A stretch of 17,193 nt of DNA from a bacterium (GTDB lineage Bacteria; Zhuqueibacterota; Zhuqueibacteria; Oceanimicrobiales; Oceanimicrobiaceae): assembly GCA_046757025.1 (NCBI GenBank), contig JBHHXN010000116.1, positions 1 to 17,193 of the forward strand, given 5' to 3'. The position numbers and the translations under genes were made by a program. The notes below the pieces were generated by a model, which did not search any database, had not been told where the DNA came from, and worked only from the letters and a program-made list of their open reading frames with translations. Shown one piece after another: positions 1 to 8,823 of the stretch (positions are counted from its first letter, which is position 1; each line of letters starts with the position of its first letter).

Positions 1-14
1 TACATAACGACTCC
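1..14 (-). other. Possible SD and start codon of a gene running off the left edge
   Basis: Minus strand reads GGAG (14-11), 5 nt, then ATG (5-3). Too little sequence to confirm. Confidence 0.3.
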
Positions 15-62
15 ATCAATCTAATTTTGAAAACGTCATGGAATCTCTTTTTTATGAATTAC

Positions 63-89
63 TTAAATAGTGTCAGAACGAAAACTCGA
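63..89 (+). repeat. Orphan MITE/IS-like terminal repeat
   Basis: TTAAATAGTGTCAGAACGAAAACTCGA matches the reverse complement of 9015-9041 at 24/27. Its core (68-86) matches 8824-8842 at 16/19. Confidence 0.6.
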
Positions 90-135
90 AATTGGTTTTT
101 ATTAAAATTACTTAAGTGCGAAACTTGAGTAATGT

Positions 136-173
136 AAAAATCAAGGCCGACACTCAAATTGAGCACCGGCCTT
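136..173 (-). terminator. Intrinsic terminator of TBDR 213..2870
   Basis: Minus strand AAGGCCGGTGCTCA-ATT-TGAGTGTCGGCCTT (173-143) followed by GATTTTT, 40 nt after the stop. The three non-Watson-Crick pairs are G-U on the minus strand. Confidence 0.85.
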
Positions 174-212
174 TTCAGTTTTACAACCGTGTTAATTTAG
201 ACTTATTTCAAA

Positions 213-2870
213 TTAACGCAGCTCATAAGTCAAATTAACCTGAATGTTGCGTTCCGGCCCTGGCAGCAATCCGAATCTGTTGCCGATCTGGAAGTATTCT
301 TCGTCGAGTAGATTGTTCAGATGCAGGGACAGGTTCAAATTTGACTGAGCAAATCGGAACTTGTAACCGAGAATCAGATCCACCACTTTCCACGCCGGTA
401 AAGTGGCGCTACTTTTAGTGGCTTTGTCTGCTGCAAGGTCGTACTCGATATCGACTTCGCTGTTGTCGGTTTTGATGTAATAATCGTTGAAATACCGAAT
501 CGCACTGGAAGCGTAGAAACGACCTTTGGTGTAATTCACCACACCCGCTACGATCAACTGTGGGTTTTCCGGTTCGATATCGCCTTCTTCGATGCCCAGG
601 TCGGCTTTGGCTTCCGGCGAAATGTCGTCGGTCCAGGCGTTTTTCATTTTCGAAATCGAGGTGCTCAATTCCAGACCGGGAATCACTTCGGCGGCGGCGG
701 CGATTTCGACGCCGCGATAACGTGCCTCACCTACCTGAACATAGCGACGGCCTTTGTAGTCATATCCAGGCTGATTGGCTTTGGTGCCATCCTGTATTCT
801 GAAAGCCTTGTTTTTGAAATTGATCTGATACAGATTGACTTTCAAGTTGACTTTCGAATTCACAAAACCCATTCCTAACTCGAAATCGTCCGAACGTTCG
901 ATGGGTAATTCATCCTGAGGTTGCCCCAGGTTGAAGAAATACTTCACGCGCGGTTCGTTGTAGGAACGGCTCCAGTTCGCGAAGGCGTTGAGTGAATTGC
1001 TCAGGTTATAGTTGGCACCTAACTTAGGTGCGAAAAAACTGAAGTCGTTAGTGAAATCGAGCAATTTGTAAAAGGTGCCCGGTAAATTCACGAAGCCATC
1101 GTCGTTGCCGCCTTTGAGATTTTGGGTCAGCTCATAATCCCCGTTGGGATCCGGGCGGTTGTTGCCTGACGGAAAATCTTCTTTGATGCGATAATGCCGC
1201 AACGAATATTGGGCGTCAGTCATGATGGAGAGTTTATCAAATTTCCACAGAGCGTGCGCAAACACGGAAAAGTTGGGTTTGTAGCCTGTGTAGTCGTAAT
1301 AGACGTCGCCCTGACGGAATTGTGCTTTCTCACCGCCGACGCGAATGCCCACCGATTCCTGACCAAAGGTGTTGATGATGAGACCGTAGTGCCGTGCCCA
1401 CCAGTAACGACCTTCCGCGCCCATGCTGATTTCATGGCCTTTCCAATCGGTTTTGTAAGAAGTCAACAGACCGAATTGGTTGTGGATGGAATGGTTACGG
1501 TACTGGTATTGGCCGGAATTTTGGATATCTTCCATGGTCATCATACCCGCTTCGTCGCCATTGCGACCTATCAAGAAATAGGAATTGACGTTTTCACCGT
1601 AACCACGTCCGATGGTATAGAATGCGGTGGTTTTCCAGTAGGTTTTATCGCTGATCTGTTTGGTGTAATGCGCCTCAAGCTGCGGTTTGTGAAACACGTT
1701 GTTATCGAAGCTGATGAAGTTATTGCCGATCACTTCGCCGCCTTTGTTTTTATCGTTGTGGCGCATGAAAATCATGTCCAGCAGCTTGGTGCCGTCGGTT
1801 TCACGGGAAGTTAAACCCGCATCGTTTTGTTTCACATAAGGATGCGGATTGAAATCGCGGCCATAGCGGGCCAGGTCTTTTGCGGAAAATGAGAAATAGC
1901 TGTAAGCATGATATTGCGGCGCGCCGTGAAACACGATGCGTAAGGTGTTCTGAGCATCGATAAAGTTAGTGTAGGTAAAGTAGTACTGCAAACCACGATA
2001 AAAGGTATCGCGACGCCAGCCGTTGCCGGTGATGTAGTTCACCCGGGCTAAAAAGGTATGCTTGCCATCCCTCAACCCAGAATTGTAATCCATACCCAGT
2101 TTATATGTACCATAACGACCACCGGTGGTGACCACTCTAAAGCTGCGTTCGGCACCCGCTTCGGCCGTCAGCACGTTGATGGAGCCGCCAAAGGCGCCGG
2201 CGCCGTACAGGGAAGAACCCACACCGCGCTGTACTTGAATGGATTTGGAACCGCCAGGCAATTGGCCCCAGTTCGACCAATAGACTTTTTTACTTTCAGG
2301 ATCGTTTTCCTCGATGCCGTTGATCTGGGTCGAGGTACGCTGTTCATCAAAGCCACGAATATAGACTTTGGAATCTCCCAATCCGGAGCCGCCGTCAGTG
2401 GTGACGTAAATGCCTGGGGTGTTCTTGAACAGATGCGGGACATCCTGAATGGTAAAATTGGTCTCAATTTCGTCAACTGAAATGTTGGTAAAAGCCACGG
2501 GGGTTTCGCGGTCTTCGGCCCAACTGGAAGTGACGGTGATTTCTTCTCCATACAGGGAAGTTTGTGCGAGACTGAAATCGACTGTGGCCGTTTCGTTGAC
2601 TACCACCTTCACACTTTGTTCCATCTTGGAGTAGCCAATAAAAGTGGCTTGCAGGGTATAACTGCCGGTGGGTACATTGGCGATGGTATAGACGCCGTTG
2701 TTGTCGGCAGCCGCACCCATGCTGGTACCCATAAGCGAGACATTGGCTCCCGCCAGCGGCTCGCCAGTGTCCTTATCGGTGACTTTACCAGAAATGGTGC
2801 CATTTTGAGCCATCAAAATAGCCGGCAGAAGTAACATTAAAAACAGTGCTAAGATTGTTTTTGTACTCAT
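213..2870 (-). CDS. TonB-dependent outer-membrane receptor (CarboxypepD_reg-like N-domain, plug, beta-barrel)
   Basis: 885 aa. Signal peptide; GTISGKVTDKDTGEPLAGANV N-domain; plug motifs IRGFD, NDPES..VYWSNW and IQVQRGVGSSLYG; C-terminal NNLLDEEY and final strand VNLTYEL; SD GAGGAGG. Substrate unknown. Confidence 0.95.
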   Translation of the reverse strand: MSTKTILALFLMLLLPAILMAQNGTISGKVTDKDTGEPLAGANVSLMGTSMGAAADNNGVYTIANVPTGSYTLQATFIGYSKMEQSVKVVVNETATVDFSLAQTSLYGEEITVTSSWAEDRETPVAFTNISVDEIETNFTIQDVPHLFKNTPGIYVTTDGGSGLGDSKVYIRGFDEQRTSTQINGIEENDPESKKVYWSNWGQLPGGSKSIQVQRGVGSSLYGAGAFGGSINVLTAEAGAERSFRVVTTGGRYGTYKLGMDYNSGLRDGKHTFLARVNYITGNGWRRDTFYRGLQYYFTYTNFIDAQNTLRIVFHGAPQYHAYSYFSFSAKDLARYGRDFNPHPYVKQNDAGLTSRETDGTKLLDMIFMRHNDKNKGGEVIGNNFISFDNNVFHKPQLEAHYTKQISDKTYWKTTAFYTIGRGYGENVNSYFLIGRNGDEAGMMTMEDIQNSGQYQYRNHSIHNQFGLLTSYKTDWKGHEISMGAEGRYWWARHYGLIINTFGQESVGIRVGGEKAQFRQGDVYYDYTGYKPNFSVFAHALWKFDKLSIMTDAQYSLRHYRIKEDFPSGNNRPDPNGDYELTQNLKGGNDDGFVNLPGTFYKLLDFTNDFSFFAPKLGANYNLSNSLNAFANWSRSYNEPRVKYFFNLGQPQDELPIERSDDFELGMGFVNSKVNLKVNLYQINFKNKAFRIQDGTKANQPGYDYKGRRYVQVGEARYRGVEIAAAAEVIPGLELSTSISKMKNAWTDDISPEAKADLGIEEGDIEPENPQLIVAGVVNYTKGRFYASSAIRYFNDYYIKTDNSEVDIEYDLAADKATKSSATLPAWKVVDLILGYKFRFAQSNLNLSLHLNNLLDEEYFQIGNRFGLLPGPERNIQVNLTYELR

Positions 2871-2915
2871 AGAAATTCCTCCTCGTTAAGGGTTCCTCTT
2901 AGCATTAAAAAAGAT

Positions 2916-2956
2916 TACATAGATTGCTACAGACGGTTAATTTATCAATCTATGTA
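2916..2956. promoter_or_regulatory. Perfect 11-bp inverted repeat (operator or hairpin) in the TBDR leader
   Basis: TACATAGATTG (2916-2926), 19-nt spacer, CAATCTATGTA (2946-2956). Confidence 0.5.
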
Positions 2957-3155
2957 TGAACGACAATGATTTTACCACCTCCTTCACAAAAGTTATAGAT
3001 TTTACTTTTTATATAGATTTATTTATTGTTATGCAAATGAACTTTTGCCATTTTAAACAAAAAAGCTCCAAATCCTTGTGAACAATTCAAAAAGCAAAGT
3101 GAAAAATGCAAATTTTAATTTGGTAGATTTTCATATTTCCTCCCTTTTTGTGCAA

Positions 3156-3172
3156 CAGGCTGAAGCCTGAAC
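3156..3172. repeat. Single REP-like palindrome CAGGCTGAAGCCTGAAC
   Basis: GC-rich CAGGCT-GA-AGCCTG hairpin within AT-rich DNA. Only one copy in the window. Confidence 0.35.
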
Positions 3173-3468
3173 ACCCCTCTATAATTGCATTTTGCCGAAA
3201 TCTACAGTATTTTTTCATTGATGATTGAAAATATTCAAATATGGATCTAGTAAGTCACAATAGTTTACAGAAATTGCAGTACATTTAAGGTGAGTAAGGT
3301 TGAATTCAGAATGTCATTAATGCATAAAAACCTGAAATGGCAGGAATTCCCTTTCAATTTTATTAATCAACTCTGTATTTCAAAAGAAATGACAACTCTG
3401 ATTTTTAGTACTCGTACAATCTAGCAAATCGCAAAATTTATTCGGGAATGTAAAAACGTTCTCAAAAT

Positions 3469-3484
3469 TGCAAAGTGTGTGCCA
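3469..3484 (-). promoter_or_regulatory. Sigma-54 (RpoN) -24/-12 promoter facing TBDR 213..2870
   Basis: Minus strand TGGCAC-ACACT-TTGCA is an exact match to TGGCAC-N5-TTGCW, is intergenic and is correctly oriented. Confidence 0.75.
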
Positions 3485-3577
3485 TAAATACGCTCTTTAC
3501 AAAAGTTGATTTTTTAAGGCTAATTTTCTTTTTTTATATCAAAAATATTAAAAACGATTTCTTAAAGTGGCAAGAAA

Positions 3578-3595
3578 TTGCAGAGCATTATGCAA
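3578..3595. promoter_or_regulatory. Candidate enhancer-binding-protein site
   Basis: Palindrome TTGCA-N8-TGCAA about 95-110 bp upstream of the -24 box, separated from it by an A/T-tract region. Confidence 0.3.
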
Positions 3596-3684
3596 GTTTT
3601 TTCATAGCTGAATTTTACTACAAAACCATGAAATCACGAACCGGTTTTATCATCCAGGTCAAGAGCTCCCTGCGTCGATTGACA

Positions 3685-6600
3685 TTAACGAAGCAGGATC
3701 ATCTTACGTATGGAAGTGAATTTAGGGGTTTTGAGCTGGTAAAAATAGAGGCCGGAAGCCACCTGCAGGCGATGGTCGTTTTTTCCATCCCATAGGACCG
3801 TGTGTTTTCCCGGTCCCCGCTTTTCATCTAACAGTGTGCGGATGAGCTGGCCGCGTTCGTTGTAAATTCGCAAGCGGGTAAGACTCGTTTCCCCCAGAGA
3901 AAACGGTATGGCGGTGGTGGGATTAAACGGATTCGGATAGTTCTGCTGCAAGTCAAATACCAGTGGATTGGCATTGGAAGTGGCAAAAGTGATAAAATTC
4001 TTTTGGATCAGGGTATCCCCACTAGTGGACACAACCATCACATCGATGGCATAGGTTCTTTCCTGGCGCAGGGTGGTCCAGATATTTCCGTAAACGTGAT
4101 CCTGTCTTTGGCGATCTTCGTGTTTGCCGTCGTTAAAGAGCTCGATGACTTCGATGGGATGTTCTTCCGGACTGTTAATAGTGGCTTTTACCTGCAGAAT
4201 GTTGGTGGGATCCTGTACCGTTACTTGAATGATGACGGATTGACCGGGAAGCACCGTCGATGGTGAAATCACGCCGTTGAGCGTTAACACCGGATTGCCC
4301 ACCATGAACGCCGGCAGCATTTTCACGGATAGGGAGTTGTTATTTTCATCGGTAGCGGTAATTTTTAGACTGTAAAGCGCATCGCCGTTGGAGAAGCGGG
4401 AAAGGTCGGCCTGGAATAGGTTGCCACTTTGAGTGAGAGGCATTGGCTGCCATTCGTCTTCAATAGCCCGCGAGCGTCGGATGAACGCTTTCGTTTCTAG
4501 ATGGTCGGGGTTTCTTTCATCAAACAAGGTAAACCGAATTTGATTCATGCCCCCGTGTGAAAGACTGTGGGTTTTTTCCCCGTTGGAATAGATACCAAAA
4601 TCGCCAAAATAAGGCGGATTTAAATCGCTGTTGCCCTGGCTGTTATCGGTGAAAGTAGCGGATACCACGGTTTTTCCTTTGATTTTATTCAATCGGTAAG
4701 GATAGGAAATCTCCAGAGTTTTTTGAAAAAGTTTGCCGCTGTATAATTGAAGGAAACTGCGCTCGCTGGCATTGGGGAGATTGCCGGTTTTGATAATTTT
4801 GCCGCCTTTAATCAATTTAAACGAGGTGGAAATATTGGGATTGGAATCGAAAAATTGATTGACAAAGATGTTGACGCCGGTTTTCCCCCGGCTTTTCAAG
4901 ATATTGATGGACTTCACGTTGTTTTGAAATCGCCCGAACCAGAACACCGGCGAGGTGCCGAGGTTTAATTTGTCCACGTCTTCTTCGAACAGCAGCGATT
5001 CGTTGCTGGGAAATCCACGGGCGTATCCTTTCAGCCGTTTGTCGATGGTGCTCACCAGTATGGGAGTCGAATAAAGGATGTTTGGATCATCTGATCGAAG
5101 GGATTGATAGGGCGGAAATTCAAAAGCAAGCGCTCTCAACGAAACGCCCGTAATAAACTGTTTATCATCGGTTTTCGCAAAATAGGCCTCCTGAATGAAC
5201 GGGCGCGATATGGGCGGCTCATCGACGTTCCAGGTCAAGAGCTCGATATTTGTGTAAGCCATAGGTTGTTGCGGATTCCGATGAATCATCCAGTGATTGG
5301 CCAACAAGAATAAGTGGTCGGTATCATCGGGAGCGTTGTGGCGTAGTACCACCTTTTTTAAGTGTTGAGCCGAATAAAACAAATTGCGGTCTCCGCGGAT
5401 GTTATCCAATTTACCCCCGAACACATAAAACTTTTTGGCATTGGGCTGAGTAGATGACAACCACCGAAAGCGGTAGTTGGAGCTGATATCGGACACCGTG
5501 TATTCCCCGGTTAAATCGCCGGTAATTAAATTGATTCCCACTCCGGATGCTTTGTGTAAAAATTGCACCTGTGAAATATGGGTGGCAAGCTGGCTGCCAA
5601 TTTCATTGGTGAAATGATATTTTAAAACATGGTTGGCTTGACTTTTAGAGAGGTTTATTTTCGAAAAACCACTCAGCTGGATGTTCTCCTGCAAAACCAC
5701 CGGTGACCAGTGTGAAGCGTCCACATACACCGCCATGACATCGTAAATATCGGGTTTGAGGATCACGTACAATGCGGTGTCCCCTGGCGCGGGTTCATAG
5801 TAATTAAAAAAGCTGTTGCGGTTGTGAATGGCCACCGCCATGGGGGTTTCGTCGAAAATGAGCCGCATGCTGGTGGACTTGATAAAAGCCCAGGGTACGC
5901 GAATTTCTTCTGTGCCGGAGCTCACCACAAAAAAACCGCTGTATCCAAGATATTCGTTCGACGGGAAAGGCACGATCTGGTTGTCGACCTTTAATTCGAC
6001 CCGAATATTTTGAGCGGCGAATTCGGAAACGATAAAATATTCCGGTTCAAAATTAAATTTAATCCCGGGATGCATGGGCTGTACCAGCTTGATGGTGGTG
6101 GGATTCGGTTGGGTACTTTGTGTGTTCATCTTCAGATGGTGAAATTGCTGCCAGATGGGGTTGTCGACGATATCTGCGCCGAAATTGACCACGGCGGGCT
6201 CGATGCGGGATCGCAGGCCGACGCTTATGAGGGCGTCGATGCGGCCAGCGCCCGCGCTGAAAACATTGTCTGCGATAGCGATAGCGCCGTTGACAATCGC
6301 CGCTTTGATGTCGGCGGGCTGCCAGTGTGGGTGCTGCTGTTTGAGCAAAGCCGCCACTCCGGCCACGTGCGGCGCGGCCATGGAGGTGCCGGAGAGACGC
6401 CGATATCCTTGATTGAGCCAGGTAGAATAGATGTCCACACCGGGCGCGGTCACTTCGGGTTTGACTTCGAACGAAAAATTGTTCGGACCTTTTGAGCTGA
6501 ACCCAGCCACGTCGTCAGCCAGGTCGGTTGCGCCCACGGTGATGGCCCGGCGCGCGCTGCCGGGCGAATTGATGGAATAGTAGCCGCCGGCATTGCCAGC

Positions 6601-7641
6601 AGAAACCACACACACCACGCCGGCTTCACAGGCTGCGTCCACCGCCTGCGATAGCGGATCATCGGCATGACCCACCGTACCGAGACTCAGGTTGAGGATG
6701 TCCACCGCATCATCGGTGAGGGGATCGCCGTCGGGATTCAAGGCAAATTCGATGGCCGCGAGCACATCCGAAATCAGTCCTCTGCCGTCCGAAGCCAGCG
6801 CTTTGAGCGCCAGGAGTTTTGCTGCCGGCGCCACACCTTTCAGGGAGTCGCCGTTGGCGGCGATGATGCCCGCTACGTGCGTGCCGTGTCCGTTGTCATC
6901 CAGCGGGTCCGCGTCGTGATTTACGAAATCGTAGCCGCCGTAAACTTTGTAGCCCGCTCCCAAACCCCCTCCCAGCGCTGGGTGCTGATAATCGATGCCG
7001 GTGTCGATAACACCGATACGGATATTCTCACCATGAAGATCGAACTCACTCCAGACTTTTGGTGCGTTGACTTTCGCAACGCTCTCACTCTGGTGAGCCT
7101 GCACGGCTGAATCGCGCGTGATGCGCTTTACGCATTTGAACTTTTTGATTTCGTTGATGACGGCTTGCGTGGTCGCAAGCGCCACGCCGTTGAATGCGTA
7201 TTTGTATTCCCGATAAATCGCGCTGGCGGCAGTGGAATTTGACACCAATGTCTGGCTCAACATTTCGCTCTGAAGCTGTTGTAGTTCCGATTTGAATTGC
7301 ACGTGCTGCGCTTCAATTTTGTGGAGATGCACCTTTAATTTAGAAACGTTTTTTTCTGAATTGAATGGCAACCGGCCTTTGAAAGAAATGATAACATGCT
7401 CCACACTGGCGGGATCGTTCACAAACGATTTGACGATACCCTGGGAATTAAAAATTTGCACCACGGAAGCAGTGGGAGAAAGATTAGAAATCTCGAATTG
7501 TTGATCGTTAAATCGGGTAAGGATGTTTTTGTTTGAAGGGGGATTTTGTGCTGGCAGCAAACCTGGCAGAATGAGCAGCCACAAAAAAATTAAGCCTGAT
7601 TTTGATAAAACGGTTTGTACTACCCGCGCCTTGTAATCCAT
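3685..7641 (-). CDS. Secreted multidomain S8 (subtilisin-family) serine peptidase with I9-like prodomain, choice-of-anchor-X-like repeat and C-terminal FlgD-Ig / T9SS type A-like domain
   Basis: Catalytic triad motifs GVIDTGID, HGTHVAG and GTSMAAPHVAG; oxyanion SAGN; prodomain YKYAFNGVA; LFNDGKHED..DHVYG; tail LQQNYPNPFNPTT...WDG...SGLYFY...RKMILLR. Start moved from TTG 7746 to ATG 7641 because a signal-peptide-like segment follows it and a promoter is predicted at 7756-7784. Confidence 0.95.
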   Translation of the reverse strand: MDYKARVVQTVLSKSGLIFLWLLILPGLLPAQNPPSNKNILTRFNDQQFEISNLSPTASVVQIFNSQGIVKSFVNDPASVEHVIISFKGRLPFNSEKNVSKLKVHLHKIEAQHVQFKSELQQLQSEMLSQTLVSNSTAASAIYREYKYAFNGVALATTQAVINEIKKFKCVKRITRDSAVQAHQSESVAKVNAPKVWSEFDLHGENIRIGVIDTGIDYQHPALGGGLGAGYKVYGGYDFVNHDADPLDDNGHGTHVAGIIAANGDSLKGVAPAAKLLALKALASDGRGLISDVLAAIEFALNPDGDPLTDDAVDILNLSLGTVGHADDPLSQAVDAACEAGVVCVVSAGNAGGYYSINSPGSARRAITVGATDLADDVAGFSSKGPNNFSFEVKPEVTAPGVDIYSTWLNQGYRRLSGTSMAAPHVAGVAALLKQQHPHWQPADIKAAIVNGAIAIADNVFSAGAGRIDALISVGLRSRIEPAVVNFGADIVDNPIWQQFHHLKMNTQSTQPNPTTIKLVQPMHPGIKFNFEPEYFIVSEFAAQNIRVELKVDNQIVPFPSNEYLGYSGFFVVSSGTEEIRVPWAFIKSTSMRLIFDETPMAVAIHNRNSFFNYYEPAPGDTALYVILKPDIYDVMAVYVDASHWSPVVLQENIQLSGFSKINLSKSQANHVLKYHFTNEIGSQLATHISQVQFLHKASGVGINLITGDLTGEYTVSDISSNYRFRWLSSTQPNAKKFYVFGGKLDNIRGDRNLFYSAQHLKKVVLRHNAPDDTDHLFLLANHWMIHRNPQQPMAYTNIELLTWNVDEPPISRPFIQEAYFAKTDDKQFITGVSLRALAFEFPPYQSLRSDDPNILYSTPILVSTIDKRLKGYARGFPSNESLLFEEDVDKLNLGTSPVFWFGRFQNNVKSINILKSRGKTGVNIFVNQFFDSNPNISTSFKLIKGGKIIKTGNLPNASERSFLQLYSGKLFQKTLEISYPYRLNKIKGKTVVSATFTDNSQGNSDLNPPYFGDFGIYSNGEKTHSLSHGGMNQIRFTLFDERNPDHLETKAFIRRSRAIEDEWQPMPLTQSGNLFQADLSRFSNGDALYSLKITATDENNNSLSVKMLPAFMVGNPVLTLNGVISPSTVLPGQSVIIQVTVQDPTNILQVKATINSPEEHPIEVIELFNDGKHEDRQRQDHVYGNIWTTLRQERTYAIDVMVVSTSGDTLIQKNFITFATSNANPLVFDLQQNYPNPFNPTTAIPFSLGETSLTRLRIYNERGQLIRTLLDEKRGPGKHTVLWDGKNDHRLQVASGLYFYQLKTPKFTSIRKMILLR

Positions 7642-7755
7642 TACTTCACCACAGGGAGATTGAGTCCTTTCAAATTGTGAATGGGTTTGAACCAGACTTT
7701 TCACGCCGGCTGCACGCAGCACACCACCGTGCGTGGAGTCATTCAAACCTCAGAA

Positions 7756-7784
7756 ATTATAAAATATTGTTAAAATCTTTTCAG
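7756..7784 (-). promoter_or_regulatory. Putative sigma-70 promoter of the S8 peptidase
   Basis: Minus strand CTGAAA (7784-7779), 17 nt, TATAAT (7761-7756). Confidence 0.5.
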
Positions 7785-7956
7785 GGTAGGCGCGCCACTT
7801 CTGTCAAAAGATTTGATCCTCATTTCAAATGGCGAAATGAGTTTGCAGTATTTTCTGTTGATGACTGCAACAAAGACGATTTAATGATTTTTCATTCTCT
7901 AAAAAAATATTTCGGATGTAAAAGTGGTTAATGAAGATTTGTTTCAATTAATTAAA

Positions 7957-8124
7957 GAATATCTCGTAGAAAGTACTCCGGGCTGTTGTTGCGAATCCCG
8001 CGGTGTGTGCGGGACGAAGCAATCTCATCCATGCCAAGTCGTTGATTTTTAGAGATCGCGTCCTCATGTCGTTTTTGACGGGATGCCCGTGATGACACGA
8101 TACGGGGCTTTTTACGAGATACTC
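7957..8124. mobile_element. Nested non-autonomous palindromic element, copy A
   Basis: Outer inverted repeat GAATATCTCGTAGAAAG (7957-7973) / CTTTTTACGAGATACTC (8108-8124), 15/17. It encloses an inner palindrome 7984-8097 of the GTCATTGCGAG..GAAGCAATCTC..GAGATTGC..CGCAATGAC type, here degenerate. Confidence 0.7.
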
Positions 8125-8229
8125 AGTAAATGTGAGGAAAAGGGTCGGCTCAAACAGTTGGAAACGATTTTCTTAGAAAGGATTTACAGGCGGTGCCGGC
8201 TGGAGCGGTTCTTTGAATCAGCTTTGGCT

Positions 8230-8736
8230 TTATTTCTCGAAACGATGCTCGGAATCTTTCACATCCTCACCTCGGAGCACTTTGATGGCGTGCGGCAGCG
8301 CCGGCAATATGGCCTGCAGATTTTCCTGAACGCCTCGGGGACTGCCGGGCAGATTGATGATGAGCGTTTGCTCGCAGACGCCAGCCACAGCCCGGGATAG
8401 CATGGCATGGGGCGTACTGCGCACGCCGGTCTGACGCATGACCTCCTCGAAACCCGGTGCACGGCGTTCGATGACTTCCAGGGTCGCTTCCGGTGTGACA
8501 TCGGAGGGGGAGAGGCCGGTGCCGCCAGTGGTGAGGATGAGATCGGCTTTCACGGCTTCCACCAATCTTTTGAGATGCCAGACGATCTCCTTTTGGTCGT
8601 CGGGGATGATCTGGTAGTCCACCACTTCGCCATCGATTTGTTTGATGAGCTCTTTGATGGCCTCGCCGCTAACGTCGGGTTGTTTGCCCTGGCTGCCTCG
8701 GGTGGAGATAGTCAGGATAGCGGTTTTTATGGGCAT
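8230..8736 (-). CDS. mog: MogA/MoaB-family molybdenum cofactor biosynthesis protein (molybdopterin adenylyltransferase)
   Basis: 168 aa. Motifs AILTIS, DVSG, IIPDD, TTGGTGLSPSDVTPEAT, AMLSRAVAG and INLPGSPRGV. MogA versus MoaB cannot be firmly resolved by eye. Confidence 0.93.
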   Translation of the reverse strand: MPIKTAILTISTRGSQGKQPDVSGEAIKELIKQIDGEVVDYQIIPDDQKEIVWHLKRLVEAVKADLILTTGGTGLSPSDVTPEATLEVIERRAPGFEEVMRQTGVRSTPHAMLSRAVAGVCEQTLIINLPGSPRGVQENLQAILPALPHAIKVLRGEDVKDSEHRFEK

Positions 8737-8823
8737 TTATCTATTCACTTTCTGCAAAATTTTTTATCTTCAAGCGACTAATTTTTGATCACAAATCATC
8801 TGAATTTTCCACCTGATTTTACT

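Noticed and set aside
3568..3582. Plus-strand sigma-54-like TGGCAAGAAATTGCA
   Set aside because: GG-GC spacing is 9 rather than the required 10, and there is no plus-strand gene downstream.
2871..3684. TPP or cobalamin riboswitch upstream of the TBDR
   Set aside because: No CTGAGA/ACCTGAT TPP core or B12-box visible on the minus strand.
3475..3795. 106-aa plus-strand ORF
   Set aside because: No SD, no recognisable motif, and it overlaps the S8 3' end and the regulatory region in antisense.
7642..7746. N-terminal extension of S8 from TTG 7746
   Set aside because: It lies only about 10 nt below the predicted -10 box and would bury the signal peptide; ATG 7641 fits better.
7802..7807. TTGACA on the minus strand upstream of S8
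   Set aside because: No -10 hexamer at 16-18 nt spacing.
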